64,000 nt of DNA, from contig PLUL01000014.1 of assembly GCA_003164895.1 (NCBI GenBank), positions 100,954 through 164,953 on the forward strand. The letters are read 5' to 3'. Positions within the stretch are counted from its first letter, which is position 1; every line of letters starts with the position of its first letter. Positions 1-11,946 of this stretch are shown here, piece after piece. The position numbers and the translations under genes are program-made. Below the pieces are notes generated by a model. The model saw nothing but the letters and a program-made list of their open reading frames with translations, searched no databases and was not told the DNA's origin. Source of the stretch: Bacteroidota bacterium (lineage in GTDB: Bacteria > Bacteroidota > Bacteroidia > Palsa-948).

Positions 1-1439
1 GAAATATTGAAAGAATTATTATTTGATACTGAATTTATTCCCAACAACAATGCAGATACCGGATGTGCGTAATCGCTTGCAGAAGTAGCGGTTTGATTAT
101 CAAAACTTGTTACCGTATAATAATAGGATGAATCAGGAGTAACAGTATAATCATCATACGTTAAGTTAGGTGTGGAAGCGATGTATTGCCAGTACCCGCT
201 GGTATCTCTGCTTCTGAAAATTCTATAACCTCCAATCGGATAAGTTCCGGCTATACTTGCCGACCAGTTAAGTGAACAATGATTTACGTTTGGCGCAACA
301 GATAATCCTTGCGGAACCGATGGAAGCAGAATGTTAGAATTGTGTGATGAAACAAGTTCGGCAAAACCAACTCCAGTAATAGGTAAATTGTTCACAGTGC
401 CTTTGAGTGTGGTGGTTCCTTCCCAGAATTTGAATAGTGTTACATTAATTATCTGATTGGCAATTTTAGGTGTCATGTCAATATTCACTCCATGCTTAGG
501 TTCAATCAACCTCCATTTACTCGAATAATATTTACTGTTTGTTACATCGTGCCAGTAGCCGGTTCTTTCATAAAAAAAAGAGTAAGAAGTATCTTGCGAA
601 TCATCCGGAAAAACAGAACTTACCATTCTCCATTCGGGTTGAAAAGGAACACTGGTTGTATCAGAATAAATTTGCCAGATATTATATTCAGAAGGTGTTT
701 GCGGCTGACCAAGAACTGCGTTTGGTCTATCCGCCTGCATGGAGAACCATTCGTATTTATTATTAGTATTTGTTCCAACAGTGAACGGTCCCCACTGGCG
801 ATCAATCCATGCAATGCCCGAAGTGATGGTATCGCTCACGCGATTATATTTAATTGTTCCCTACACATTCATATTGGTGAGAGAATAATAAAATGACGAG
901 TCGCCATGATTTCCAAGAGCGATAAAACCATTTTTGCCTACAATCAACGGAGCACGGTTACTTGTAACTGTTACATTAAGCAAATCATTATTGGTAGGAT
1001 CTTGTGAGTTAAAATTATATTTGAAAGTTTTATTATCAGTTGGATATGTCCAGATGGAATTATCGCTTATTTGCGCAGGAACGGAATAAGTAAAATCCCA
1101 TTTATTAGGAAGTGAAATAAATCTGGGATACGCTTGTAAAACATTACTTTTAAAAGTACCGCCCGATGAAATATTAAAAATGCGCATATTGCCTGTGCTG
1201 AAATAACAAAGCATCACATCATATTCTTTGTATTGCGGAGCTAACCCGATTAAATGCAAATTTATATACCACCATTCTGTTTTTGTGGTGATGGATGCTG
1301 CATGGCTGCCTTCATCAGTAGGAAAAGAAAGCACACTTCCTGCAGGAGAATAAGGATAGGTTTGCCAAGTTTGAGCATAAGAAATTGTTGAAAGAAAAAA
1401 TATTAAGGATAGAAAAATAATATAGTACGCTTTTTTCAT
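1..1439 (-). pseudogene. Secreted AttH/CrtC-like lipocalin-domain protein with C-terminal FN3-like region; interrupted by an in-frame TAG at 861-863 and running off the window edge
   Basis: Signal peptide MKKAYYIIFLSLIFFLSTISYAQ; AttH-type motifs DEGSHAAS...EWWYINLHL and WIDRQWGPF; the reading frame continues unbroken after the TAG (GTIKYNRVSDTITSGIAWIDRQWG...); FN3-like GYRIFRSRDTSGYWQYIAS near the window start. Confidence 0.5.
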
Positions 1440-1692
1440 AGACAGCTATTTTGAATAGTGGATTTTCAAAAGCAAATGTAAACTATTGAAGATAAATGCA
1501 AAAATATTTTTTACACTAATATCCTCATATCTTTACACATCTGCGAGTATGATTATATTTCTTCTTGCTCTTTTGGAATAAAACATATTAGATAATGATA
1601 TTACAACAAAGATATTAGTGATTAGTAAATATCCTTTTTCATTTTTCATATTATAAAAGAATTTTGCTTTCCTTTACTCATAATTAAACTTC

Positions 1693-3411
1693 ATGAAAAA
1701 ACATTTACTCTGCTTTTTAATTATCGCTTGTCCGTTTTCAATTATCAATTGCTTTTCTCAAGGCACATGGACAGCACTTGCACATAATTCTCCCGATGCG
1801 AATGGTGGAGTAATGCTTTTGCTTTCGGATGGAACTGTAATGGCAAAAACTGTTTATGCCACCGGAGACACCACTCAGTTTGGAGTGGTTTGGGATAAAC
1901 TCACTCCTGATATTCATGGCAGTTATGTAAACGGAACATGGTCGCACCTTGCTTCCATGCATAATTCACGCCTTTATTTCGCTTCACAGGTGCTACGAGA
2001 TGGTAATGTATTTGTGGCAGGCGGTGAATATGGTACTGGAGATTCTCTTGCAGAAGTTTATAATACATTAACTAATAGCTGGACAATGGCTCCTCCAACA
2101 ATACCTTATATAGGCGATGCCAACTCGGAGATATTGCCTGATGGCAGAGTGCTTCTTTCTGTATTCATTCAAGACAATTCAACCATTTTTAATCCGAGTA
2201 CAAACACATGGTCAGCCGGAGCAGCTACTCATGGCTATTTGGATGAATCGGCTTGGGTAAAACTTCCTGATAACAGCATTCTGGCGGTTGACATGGGTTC
2301 TACAAGTTCTGAAAGATATATTCCTGCTACGAATCATTGGGTGGTAGATGGTATAGTACCCGATTCTCTTTATGATTCTTGGGGATATGAATCAGGTGCA
2401 GGATTTATGTTGCCCGATGGACGCGCTTTTTTTCTTGGTTCAACGGGACATACTGCTTATTATACACCAACAGGAAATACAAGTCCCGGAACTTGGGCTG
2501 TTGGTCCTGATATTCCGAATGGATATGGAACTCCCGATGCCGCAGCTGCCATGATGGTGAATGGAAAAATTCTTTGTGCTGTTTCACCTGCTCCGCGCGA
2601 CTCCAATGTTTTTTATAGTCCGACGGCATTCTTTGAATTTGATTATCTCACCAACTCCTTTACACAAGTAAGCGCGCCAGGTGTTACAGGAGACACTCTA
2701 AGTGAAGCTTGTTATGTAACCAACATGCTTGATCTGCCCAATGGAACGGTTCTTTTTTCGAATCAATATTCCAATCAATACTTTATTTACACTCCAAGCG
2801 GTTCTCAGCTTGCTTCCGGTATGCCTACAATAAATAATGTAACACGAAACGCATGTGTGTATACGATCACAGGAACATTATTCAATGGAATTTCTGAAGG
2901 TGCAGCGTATGGCGATGACTGGCAAATGGCAAGCAACTACCCCGTTATTCGTTTAACATCCGGAACGAATGTATATTATGTGCGCACATTTAACTGGAAC
3001 AGCACCGGAGTGCAAACAGGAACAAAGCCCGATACCACAGAATTCACTGTGCCTGCATCTGTACCGGCAGGAACTTATTCGCTGGTGGTTACCGCCAATG
3101 GCATTGCATCAAATCCTTTCACATTTAATTACACTACCTGTGGAAGCGGAATAGATGAATTGGAATCGTTAAACAATAGCGTGGTGGTTTATCCAAACCC
3201 ATCCAACGGAATGATGAATGTAAAATTGTTAATGGATTATAGCAAAACATCGAGCATGGAAGTTTATAGTATGATGGGAGAAAAAGTATATGAAGTCCAA
3301 TTTTCTTTACTGAATACCCAATTATCACTCGATGTTCCAAACGGAATTTATTTTCTTCATTTAAAAACCGAATTGGGAACAGCAGTAAAGAAAATAATTA
3401 TCAATCGTTAG
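1693..3411 (+). CDS. Secreted Kelch/galactose-oxidase-like beta-propeller protein with Ig-like (DUF1929-like) domain and T9SS C-terminal sorting domain
   Basis: Signal peptide; repeated propeller-like blades (GGEYGTGDS, LPDGRV, LPDGRAFFLGS); C-terminal ...VVYPNPSNGMMNVKL...GIYFLHLKTELGTAVKKIIINR is typical of a T9SS CTD. Confidence 0.55.
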   Translation: MKKHLLCFLIIACPFSIINCFSQGTWTALAHNSPDANGGVMLLLSDGTVMAKTVYATGDTTQFGVVWDKLTPDIHGSYVNGTWSHLASMHNSRLYFASQVLRDGNVFVAGGEYGTGDSLAEVYNTLTNSWTMAPPTIPYIGDANSEILPDGRVLLSVFIQDNSTIFNPSTNTWSAGAATHGYLDESAWVKLPDNSILAVDMGSTSSERYIPATNHWVVDGIVPDSLYDSWGYESGAGFMLPDGRAFFLGSTGHTAYYTPTGNTSPGTWAVGPDIPNGYGTPDAAAAMMVNGKILCAVSPAPRDSNVFYSPTAFFEFDYLTNSFTQVSAPGVTGDTLSEACYVTNMLDLPNGTVLFSNQYSNQYFIYTPSGSQLASGMPTINNVTRNACVYTITGTLFNGISEGAAYGDDWQMASNYPVIRLTSGTNVYYVRTFNWNSTGVQTGTKPDTTEFTVPASVPAGTYSLVVTANGIASNPFTFNYTTCGSGIDELESLNNSVVVYPNPSNGMMNVKLLMDYSKTSSMEVYSMMGEKVYEVQFSLLNTQLSLDVPNGIYFLHLKTELGTAVKKIIINR

Positions 3412-3486
3412 CATTCTTATTGTTCCATGATCACTTTTCATTTGCATCAAGCAGATTATTGTATCTTCAAATCCTAAAATAATTCT

Positions 3487-5673
3487 ATGAAAAAGATTTA
3501 CACTCTTGCTACTTGCTACTTGTTAATTGCTACTTGTGCTTTTGCGCAAAAGAAAGAAATCACCCTTGAAGTCATATTCGTAAAGAACACATTTGCGGTG
3601 AAACATATTTATGGATTGGAATCCATGAAGGATGGAGAACATTACACAACCCTAGCCAACGGAAAAAGTAATCCTGCCATTGTTAGGTATGAATACAAAA
3701 CAGGAAATGCGGTTGATACCATTCTGAAAGAAGACTGGCTATTGACTCCTGACAAGAAAGAAAAAATATCAATTGAAAATTATTCCTTCAGCGCGGATGA
3801 AAAGAAAATTCTCATCGCCACTGAAACCGAACCTATTTACCGTCATTCCACAAGAGAGAATTATTATATCTGGAACAGAGAGACAAAAAAACTTTCTGCA
3901 CTTTCATCAGGCGGCAAACAATCGCTTGCTGAATTTTCTCCCGATGGAAACAAAGTGGCATTTGTGCGCGAGAACAATCTTTTCTTCGTTGATCTTTCAA
4001 GCGGAAAAGAAACTCAGATAACTAAAGATGGAAAAGTAAACAGCATTATTAATGGCGCTACCGACTGGGTGTATGAGGAAGAGTTTTCTTTCAACAAAGC
4101 CTGGTTCTGGTCACCCGATGGAAACAAAATTGCGTATTACTGTTTTGATGAATCGAATGTAAAAGAGTTTTCGATGAACAAATACGGCACCCTCTACCCT
4201 ACCGAATACAAATTCAAATATCCGAAAGCCGGAGAAGATAATTCCAAAGTTTCAATTCATGTTTTTTATCTCGATTCGCAGGAAGCATTAACGCTCAATC
4301 TGGATGCTGAATATATTCCGCGCATCAAATGGACTGCAAATCCGAATCTGCTTTCTGTTCAAACGCTCAATCGCCTGCAAAACATACTTGAATTATATAT
4401 TATTGATTGCAGAAAAAACCACGACCCTATAAAACCCATCATTACCGAAACCAGCGACACCTACATTGAGATTGCCGATGCCCTCACGTTTCTTCCTAAC
4501 GGAAAAGAATTTATCTGGAGCAGCGAAAAGGACGGACACAATCATCTTTACCTCTATGATATAAATTCAGGTTTTGTATCTCAAATCACAAAAGGCGATT
4601 GGGATGTGATAGATTTGAAAGGTTATGACGAGAAAAAACAAACGCTTTATTATTTATCAACCGAAATATCTCCGAATAACAGAAATCTTTATTCCATTTC
4701 AATCGAAGGAAAAAATAAAAAGAAACTTTTCCCATTGCAGGGAACTGACGATGCTGAATTCAATACTACGTTCACCTATTACATTCATACTTTTTCAAAT
4801 GCAAATCATCCGCCCACGATTGTTCTGCGCACTGCGGATGGAAATGAAGTTCGGACTCTGGAAGATAATGCTGCACTGCAAAAAAAACTCAGTGATTACA
4901 ATCTTACCACAAAAGATTTCTTCAAATTTAAAACCGAAGATGGCACAGAATTAAACGGATGGATGATGAAACCTGCTGCTTCGAAAGAAGATGGAAACAA
5001 AAAGCGTCCTGTTCTTATGTTTGTCTATGGCGGTCCCGGAATTAACACCGTGAACGATGCATGGGACAGAGATTATTTATGGTATCAGATGCTTTGTGAA
5101 AAAGGATATATTATTGTTTCGGTAGATAACAGAGGAACAGGCGGACGCGGAAAAAAATTCAGAGACTGCACCTACAAACAACTCGGAAAATTAGAAACTG
5201 AAGACCAGATTTCTGCGGCAAAATATTTAGGAACACTTCCTTATGTAGATAAAAACCGCATTGGCATTTGGGGTTGGAGCTATGGCGGTTATATGAGTTC
5301 GCTCTGCATTACGAAAGGTGCTGATGTTTTCAAAATGGCGATGGCAGTTGCACCTGTTACCAACTGGAGATATTATGACAATGTTTATACCGAGCGTTAC
5401 ATGGGTTTACCAAAAGATAACGGCAGCGGATATGACAACAACTCACCGATCAACCACGTTGATAAACTGAAAGGAAAATTCCTGCTTGTGCATGGAACCG
5501 CAGATGACAATGTTCATTTTCAGAACTCAGTGGAGATGGTAACTGCATTGGTAAAAGCAAACAAGCAATTTGATTTTTTTGCTTATCCCGATAAAGCGCA
5601 CAGTTTGAGTGGAAGGGATACTCATTTGCATTTATATAACATGCTGACGAATTTTGTGTTGAATAATTTGTAA
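3487..5673 (+). CDS. dpp4: Dipeptidyl-peptidase IV (S9B family serine peptidase)
   Basis: 728 aa with signal peptide; N-terminal beta-propeller region; catalytic GWSYGGY nucleophile elbow; C-terminal HGTADDNVHF. Confidence 0.85.
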   Translation: MKKIYTLATCYLLIATCAFAQKKEITLEVIFVKNTFAVKHIYGLESMKDGEHYTTLANGKSNPAIVRYEYKTGNAVDTILKEDWLLTPDKKEKISIENYSFSADEKKILIATETEPIYRHSTRENYYIWNRETKKLSALSSGGKQSLAEFSPDGNKVAFVRENNLFFVDLSSGKETQITKDGKVNSIINGATDWVYEEEFSFNKAWFWSPDGNKIAYYCFDESNVKEFSMNKYGTLYPTEYKFKYPKAGEDNSKVSIHVFYLDSQEALTLNLDAEYIPRIKWTANPNLLSVQTLNRLQNILELYIIDCRKNHDPIKPIITETSDTYIEIADALTFLPNGKEFIWSSEKDGHNHLYLYDINSGFVSQITKGDWDVIDLKGYDEKKQTLYYLSTEISPNNRNLYSISIEGKNKKKLFPLQGTDDAEFNTTFTYYIHTFSNANHPPTIVLRTADGNEVRTLEDNAALQKKLSDYNLTTKDFFKFKTEDGTELNGWMMKPAASKEDGNKKRPVLMFVYGGPGINTVNDAWDRDYLWYQMLCEKGYIIVSVDNRGTGGRGKKFRDCTYKQLGKLETEDQISAAKYLGTLPYVDKNRIGIWGWSYGGYMSSLCITKGADVFKMAMAVAPVTNWRYYDNVYTERYMGLPKDNGSGYDNNSPINHVDKLKGKFLLVHGTADDNVHFQNSVEMVTALVKANKQFDFFAYPDKAHSLSGRDTHLHLYNMLTNFVLNNL

Positions 5674-5736
5674 AAGAACTTTGCCCGGACAGTAACTTAA
5701 AGAATTCTTTTCAGGATAAGAACCTGACTGAATAAA

Positions 5737-7296
5737 ATGAAAAAAACATTACTCCTTCGCGTTTCTCCCATTACAGCTCACAGCGATACTACTTTAGCAG
5801 AATACACAGCCAATGAGCTAAGCATCTCTAAAAACGATATTACAGGAATCAGACGCATCCGCCAGTCCATCGATGCACGCAGCAGGCAAGTAATGGTTCA
5901 AGTTCAGGTTGAAGTATTCATTAATGAACCTTTCATCAAAACTGAAGTCCAAAAATTCATTTTCAAAAATGTTTCTAATGCCGAACCTATAATCATTGTC
6001 GGAAGCGGACCAGCAGGAATCTTCGCGGCAATCAAAATAATTGAACTTGGTTTCAAACCAATAATTCTAGAAAGAGGAAAAGAAGTATCCGAACGCAGGC
6101 GTGATATTGCACAACTAACTAAAAACAGAATCGTAAATCCTGAAAGTAATTATTGTTTTGGCGAAGGCGGTGCCGGAACTTTTTCTGATGGTAAACTCTA
6201 TACTCGCTCAACCAAGCGCGGAGACATTGAACACATCCTGCAATTATTTGTATCGCACGGCGCAGAAGAACGCATACTTTACGAAGCGCATCCGCATATC
6301 GGCACAAATAAATTGCCTAAGATAATTTCTTCCATGCGAAAAACCATCACCGAACATGGAGGCGAATTTCATTTCAACAGCAAAGTTTCAGAATTGATTG
6401 TAGAAAATAATTCCTGCAAAGGAGTAAAACTATCAAGCGGTGAAACGGTAAACGGAAAATCAGTCATACTTGCCACCGGACATTCAGCGCGTGATATTTT
6501 CTTCATGCTTCATCATCAAAATATTTTAATTGAATCAAAACCTTTTGCATTAGGTGTAAGAATAGAACATCCGCAACTATTAATTGACAGCATTCAATAT
6601 CATTGCAATCTTCGAGGAGAATATTTGCCTCCGGCATCATACAGTTTAGTTCATCAAGCTCAGGGCAAAGGAGTTTTTTCTTTCTGCATGTGCCCGGGCG
6701 GAATCATTGCACCTTCCATGACAAATCCGGGAGAAGTTGTTGTGAACGGCTGGTCGCCATCCCGAAGAAATAATCCATATGCAAATAGCGGTTTAGTGGT
6801 GAGTGTGGGCAAAGATGATTTTAAATCATTCGAAAAACACGGTGCTCTTGCTGCTTTGCATTTTCAGCAGGCAGTGGAACAACAGGCATTTGTTTCAGGC
6901 GGAAAAAATTTACAAGCTCCCGCTCAGCGCATTACAGATTTTATTTCTGGAAACACTTCTTCTACTCTGCCTAAAAATTCTTATTTCATCGGAACGACCT
7001 CTGTAAATTTAAGAGAAGTGCTTCCGCAAAGCGTAAGCAAAAGTTTGAGAGAAGGATTAATTGCATTTGGCAAAAAGATGAAAGGATACATTACCGAAGA
7101 GGGAATTATGGTTGCCACCGAATCACGCACTTCTTCGCCGGTTCGCATCCCGCGCGATAAAGAAACATTGCAGCATCCTCAGGTGAAAGGACTTTATCCC
7201 TGCGGTGAAGGAGCCGGTTATGCCGGAGGAATTGTTTCTGCAGCTATGGATGGCGAACGTTGCGCAAAAATGATTGGCATACTACATACAAAATGA
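5737..7296 (+). CDS. NAD(P)/FAD-dependent oxidoreductase (COG2509-type FAD-dependent protein)
   Basis: Dinucleotide-binding [21 protein letters not shown]...ILERG; later FAD motifs SDGKLYTRS and [10 protein letters not shown]. Confidence 0.7.
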   Translation: MKKTLLLRVSPITAHSDTTLAEYTANELSISKNDITGIRRIRQSIDARSRQVMVQVQVEVFINEPFIKTEVQKFIFKNVSNAEPIIIVGSGPAGIFAAIKIIELGFKPIILERGKEVSERRRDIAQLTKNRIVNPESNYCFGEGGAGTFSDGKLYTRSTKRGDIEHILQLFVSHGAEERILYEAHPHIGTNKLPKIISSMRKTITEHGGEFHFNSKVSELIVENNSCKGVKLSSGETVNGKSVILATGHSARDIFFMLHHQNILIESKPFALGVRIEHPQLLIDSIQYHCNLRGEYLPPASYSLVHQAQGKGVFSFCMCPGGIIAPSMTNPGEVVVNGWSPSRRNNPYANSGLVVSVGKDDFKSFEKHGALAALHFQQAVEQQAFVSGGKNLQAPAQRITDFISGNTSSTLPKNSYFIGTTSVNLREVLPQSVSKSLREGLIAFGKKMKGYITEEGIMVATESRTSSPVRIPRDKETLQHPQVKGLYPCGEGAGYAGGIVSAAMDGERCAKMIGILHTK

Positions 7297-7363
7297 GCAG
7301 ATATATATTTTAGTTTTAGTTTTTTTATTATTCGTAAATTCGTTCCCATTAGTTATTCGCACA

Positions 7364-7984
7364 ATGAATTTTTCATCCAAACATATAGAAGACGTCATCA
7401 ATGAGTTTGCAAAACTCCCGGGTGTTGGCAGAAAAACTGCGATTAGATATTTGCTTCATGTTCTGAAGCAGGATGACAAAGAGACCGAAACATTTGCAGC
7501 CGCACTCATCAACATGAAGAAAGAACTGAAACATTGTTCGGTCTGCCATAACATTTCTGATAAAGAAATTTGCAATATCTGCTCCAACCATAACCGCGAC
7601 AAAACTGTTCTTTGCGTGGTGGAAGACATCCGCGATGTAATGGCGATTGAAAGCACTCAGCAGTACAGAGGCGTTTATCATGTGCTGGGTGGGATTATTT
7701 CTCCTCTTGATGGAATTGGTCCCGCTGATTTGAATATTGAATCTCTCGTAAAAAGAATTTCAGAAGGTGAAATAAAAGAAGTCATCATGGCGTTTAGTAC
7801 AACCATGGAAGGCGACACCACCAACTTTTATTTATACAAACGATTGAAGGAATTCAACATAACCGTCTCCACCATCGCAAGAGGAATTTCCATCGGAGAT
7901 GAACTTGAATATGCGGATGAAATAACTCTTGGTCGTTCAATTACCAACCGTATCCCTTACGAAAACGTGTTACCCATTCGATGA
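7364..7984 (+). CDS. recR: Recombination protein RecR
   Basis: HhH region [12 protein letters not shown]; C4 zinc finger CSVCHN...CNICSN; Toprim region. The start was moved to the ATG at 7364 because the 7274 ORF start overlaps the upstream gene. Confidence 0.9.
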   Translation: MNFSSKHIEDVINEFAKLPGVGRKTAIRYLLHVLKQDDKETETFAAALINMKKELKHCSVCHNISDKEICNICSNHNRDKTVLCVVEDIRDVMAIESTQQYRGVYHVLGGIISPLDGIGPADLNIESLVKRISEGEIKEVIMAFSTTMEGDTTNFYLYKRLKEFNITVSTIARGISIGDELEYADEITLGRSITNRIPYENVLPIR

Positions 7985-9930
7985 AACTATCTGTCATTAT
8001 TGTCAACTACAACGTCGAGCATTTTCTCGAACAGTGTCTGCATTCTGTTCGCAAAGCAGTAAAAAATATTCCTGCAGAAGTTTTTGTAGTGGATAACAGC
8101 TCTGTAGATGGCTCGGTAGAAATGGTCAAGAATAAATTTCCTGAAGTTAAATTAATAGCGAATGAAAAGAATACAGGATTCTCAAGAGCAAACAATCAGG
8201 CGATCAAAGAAGCGAAAGGAGAATATATTTTACTCCTGAATCCTGATACTGTTGTTCAGGAAGATACGTTTGAGAAGACGATAAAATTTATGGACGAACA
8301 CAAAGATGCCGGGGCATTGGGCGTGATGATGCTAGACGGAAAAGGAAATTTCCTACCCGAATCAAAACGCGGACTCCCTACTCCATCGGTTGCATTTTAT
8401 AAAGTATTTGGACTCTCTGTATTATTTCCAAAATCAAAAACATTCGGAAAATATCACCTTGGCTTTCTCGATAAGAACAAAACTCACGAAGTAGATATTC
8501 TTGCCGGTGCTTTCATGTTGATTCGGAAATCGATTCTTGATAAAATTGGTTTACTTGATGAAACTTTCTTCATGTATGGAGAAGACATTGATTTATCTTA
8601 TAGAATTACACTTGCAGGATATAAAAATTATTATTTCCCGGAAACGCGAATCATTCATTACAAAGGAGAAAGCACGAAGAAGAGTTCCGTTAATTATGTT
8701 CTCGTCTTTTATAATGCCATGGCAATCTTCGCAAAAAAACATTTTGCCAAGAATCAGGCAAAGATGTTTTCTCTGTTAATTTATTTTGCAATTGCACTTC
8801 GTGCCGGAATTTCCATCTCAAAAAGATTTCTCAAACAGATTTTTGTTCCGCTTCTCGATGCATCCATTCTCTATGCCGGATTATATTTCATCAAAGATTA
8901 TTACGAACACAATGTAAAGTATGTTGCCTATCCTGAAAAACTGGTACTGCTTGCATTCGGGATTTACGTTTTCATTTGGCTGTTTTCCGTTTTTCTCAGC
9001 GGAGGTTATGACAAACCTATCCGGCTGCAAAAAATAGTTCGCGGAATTTTTTTGGGAACCGGAATCATTCTTGCTATTTACGCGCTGCTTCCCGAAGAAT
9101 ATCGTTTCTCGCGCGCTCTGATACTTATTGGAACCGGATGGGCAACGATTGCGATGCTTTCAACGAGAATGCTTTTTCATCTTTTCGGAATTAAAGAATT
9201 TCTTCTGGAAGGAAGCGCCTCAAAACGATTGGCGATTGTCGGAAGTGAAGAAGAGTTCAAAAGAGTGCTGGCACTTTTAAAAGAATCTTCCGTCAAAATT
9301 GGATTCACCGGATTTGTGAGCAGCGAAGGAAATAATTCTAATCCTTCAATTGATTTCTTAGGAAAATTTCATCAGCTTCAGGAAATCATCGAAATGTATA
9401 AAATTGATGAAGTAATTTTTTGTGCAAAGACTATTTCTTCCGAAAAAATTATTGATGCGATGAGTTTGCAGGGCAATGAAAATGTGGAATTTAAAATCGC
9501 TCCCCAGGAAAGTTTATCCATTATAGGAAGCAATTCCATTGACACGGCTGGCGACCTTTATACGCTTGATATAAACTCTGTAAATAAGCCATCAAACAGA
9601 AGAAAAAAGAGAATCATAGATATTTCTTTCTCAATAATTTTCATTGGGTTAATTCCTGTTTTAATTTTTGTGGCAAGAAATCCAATTTATTTTATTGGAA
9701 ACATATTTAAAGTATTGTTGGGATTTAATACCTGGGTTGGATTTAATATCAATCATCAACCTTCAGATATTAATCACCGAGCAGGTATTCTCTCACCTTC
9801 TGATTCATTGAAATCAAATAATATTACTCCTGAAGTAACCGAACGGCTGAATAAAATTTACGCGAAAGATTACAGCGTAAAAAATGATGTGAATATTATT
9901 TTAAAGGGGATTAGAAATCTTGGTCGTTAA
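7981..9930 (+). CDS. Family 2 glycosyltransferase fused to a WbaP-like membrane/CoA-binding-like C-terminal region, with no recognisable phosphotransferase catalytic domain
   Basis: N-terminal GT2 signature VIIVNYN...[10 protein letters not shown]...LLNPDT; multiple TM helices in the middle; C-terminal [12 protein letters not shown]...KIDEVIFC... resembles the non-catalytic part of polyprenyl glycosylphosphotransferases; start overlaps the recR stop (ATGA). Confidence 0.6.
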   Translation: MKLSVIIVNYNVEHFLEQCLHSVRKAVKNIPAEVFVVDNSSVDGSVEMVKNKFPEVKLIANEKNTGFSRANNQAIKEAKGEYILLLNPDTVVQEDTFEKTIKFMDEHKDAGALGVMMLDGKGNFLPESKRGLPTPSVAFYKVFGLSVLFPKSKTFGKYHLGFLDKNKTHEVDILAGAFMLIRKSILDKIGLLDETFFMYGEDIDLSYRITLAGYKNYYFPETRIIHYKGESTKKSSVNYVLVFYNAMAIFAKKHFAKNQAKMFSLLIYFAIALRAGISISKRFLKQIFVPLLDASILYAGLYFIKDYYEHNVKYVAYPEKLVLLAFGIYVFIWLFSVFLSGGYDKPIRLQKIVRGIFLGTGIILAIYALLPEEYRFSRALILIGTGWATIAMLSTRMLFHLFGIKEFLLEGSASKRLAIVGSEEEFKRVLALLKESSVKIGFTGFVSSEGNNSNPSIDFLGKFHQLQEIIEMYKIDEVIFCAKTISSEKIIDAMSLQGNENVEFKIAPQESLSIIGSNSIDTAGDLYTLDINSVNKPSNRRKKRIIDISFSIIFIGLIPVLIFVARNPIYFIGNIFKVLLGFNTWVGFNINHQPSDINHRAGILSPSDSLKSNNITPEVTERLNKIYAKDYSVKNDVNIILKGIRNLGR

Positions 9931-9951
9931 ACATCCTCTTTAGTAAAAACA

Positions 9952-11142
9952 TTACTTCAAAACCTTTTGCACCAGGTCAGCAGCTTCCTGCAATTGAATA
10001 GCAGAATGAACTTTCAACCCTGATTCATCAATGATCTTCTTTGCTTCAACGGCATTGGTGCCTTGCAAACGAACAATGATAGGAACATTGATAGTGCCCA
10101 TGTTTTTGTAAGCATCCACAATTCCCTGTGCAACACGGTCACAACGAACAATACCACCAAAAATATTTACGAGAATAGCTTTTACATTTGGGTCTTTTAA
10201 AATAATTCTGAACGCTTGTTCAACTCTGGCAGCATTAGCGGTTCCGCCCACATCTAAAAAGTTTGCTGGTTCTCCTCCTGAAAGTTTGATGATATCCATC
10301 GTTGCCATTGCAAGTCCGGCACCATTTACCATGCAGCCAACATTTCCATCCAACTTTACATAGTTAAGTTCATGCTCACCTGCTTCAACTTCCGTAGGAT
10401 CTTCCTCTAATTTATCGCGCATAGCAACGTAATCAGGATGACGATACAATGCATTGTCATCCAACGCAACTTTAGAATCCACCGCAACAATTTTATTATC
10501 GGAAGTTTTCAGCAGAGGATTAATTTCAAAAAGAGAAGCATCAATCGTTTCGTATGCTTTGTAAAGTGAAGCGATACACTTTGTCATATTCTTAAATGCT
10601 TCTCCGCTAAGTCCGAGATTGAATGCAATTTTACGACATTGAAAATCTCTCAAGCCAACTTTCGGATCAATTTCTTCTTTAAAAATTCTCTCAGGAGTTT
10701 TTGCTGCAACTTCTTCAATCTCCATTCCGCCTTCCTGTGAATAGATGATCATATTTCTTCCAAGCGCACGATTGAGCAGAACGCTCATGTAATATTCCTT
10801 AGTAGGAGTTTCACCGGGATAATAAACATCCTGAGCCACTAAAACCTTGTGAACTATTTTTCCATGCGGACCGGTTTGATGCGACACCAACTTCATTCCG
10901 ATCATTGCTTTTGCCTTTTCCTTTACATCATCCAACGTCTTCGCTAATTTCACACCGCCTGCTTTTCCTCTTCCTCCTGCATGAACTTGTGCTTTCACGA
11001 TCCATATCGGAGTGTTGGTTTGCTTTTGAAGTTCTTTTGCTGCATCAACCGCCTGATCTGCTGTCTCAGCTACAATTCCTTCTTGAATAGAAACACCGAA
11101 ACTTTTTAATATCTGTTTGCCTTGATATTCGTGGAGATTCAT
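9952..11142 (-). CDS. sucC: Succinyl-CoA synthetase (ADP-forming) beta subunit
   Basis: MNLHEYQGKQILKSFGV N-terminus (ATP-grasp) and C-terminal CoA-ligase domain; start taken at the internal ATG that gives the conserved N-terminus. Confidence 0.9.
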   Translation of the reverse strand: MNLHEYQGKQILKSFGVSIQEGIVAETADQAVDAAKELQKQTNTPIWIVKAQVHAGGRGKAGGVKLAKTLDDVKEKAKAMIGMKLVSHQTGPHGKIVHKVLVAQDVYYPGETPTKEYYMSVLLNRALGRNMIIYSQEGGMEIEEVAAKTPERIFKEEIDPKVGLRDFQCRKIAFNLGLSGEAFKNMTKCIASLYKAYETIDASLFEINPLLKTSDNKIVAVDSKVALDDNALYRHPDYVAMRDKLEEDPTEVEAGEHELNYVKLDGNVGCMVNGAGLAMATMDIIKLSGGEPANFLDVGGTANAARVEQAFRIILKDPNVKAILVNIFGGIVRCDRVAQGIVDAYKNMGTINVPIIVRLQGTNAVEAKKIIDESGLKVHSAIQLQEAADLVQKVLK

Positions 11143-11277
11143 AAAATATATTTTAGTTTTTATACAACGCGAATATACTAATTCATGTAAATGACATGCA
11201 TCAAAATTATGCACAATAGTTGATTCCATCTTTCAATTATTAGTTGCATTTGTTCTCATTCGTATATTTGCATCGAA

Positions 11278-11928
11278 ATGATTTTTGCAAACGATATACA
11301 CAAATCCTACCACTCGCTCGAAGTGCTGAAAGGCGTTTCGCTTGAGGTGAAGAAAGGAGAAATTGTTTCCATCGTTGGAGCATCCGGTGCAGGAAAAACA
11401 ACTTTGCTTCAGATTCTCGGAACGCTTGACAAAGCCGACAAAGGAGAAATAAAGATCAACGAAACGAATATTCAAACGCTCAGCGAAAAAAAACTTGCCG
11501 GATTCAGAAATAAACAAATAGGTTTTGTTTTTCAATTCCATCATTTGCTTCCCGAATTTACTGCAATTGAAAATGTGTGCCTTCCCGCTTTCATTGCAGG
11601 AAAAGGAAAGGTTGAGGCAGAGGTTAAGGCAAAGGAATTGTTGTCCTTTTTAGGATTAACAGACAGAGTCCATCACAAACCAAATGAACTTTCCGGTGGA
11701 GAACAACAAAGAGTTGCAGTTGCTCGTGCGCTGATAAATAATCCATCCGTAATTCTTGCCGATGAGCCATCAGGAAATTTGGATTCAGCTACAGCAAAAG
11801 AACTTCACAACTTATTTTTCACGCTCCGAGAAAAATTTCAGCAGACGTTCATCATCGTTACTCACAACGAAGAACTCGCCAATATGGCGGACAGAAAATT
11901 GGTGATGAAAGACGGACGAATGACTTAA
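11278..11928 (+). CDS. ABC transporter ATP-binding protein, LolD-like
   Basis: Walker [11 protein letters not shown]-loop, [15 protein letters not shown] signature, Walker [12 protein letters not shown]; 216 aa with FtsE/LolD-like architecture. Confidence 0.85.
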   Translation: MIFANDIHKSYHSLEVLKGVSLEVKKGEIVSIVGASGAGKTTLLQILGTLDKADKGEIKINETNIQTLSEKKLAGFRNKQIGFVFQFHHLLPEFTAIENVCLPAFIAGKGKVEAEVKAKELLSFLGLTDRVHHKPNELSGGEQQRVAVARALINNPSVILADEPSGNLDSATAKELHNLFFTLREKFQQTFIIVTHNEELANMADRKLVMKDGRMT

Positions 11929-11946
11929 TTATTCATCAACCATTCA

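Noticed and set aside
492-896. Plus-strand ORFs (492-896, 539-766) overlapping the AttH-like gene
   Set aside because: They are antisense to a region whose minus-strand translation carries conserved AttH motifs, and no function-like motifs are present.
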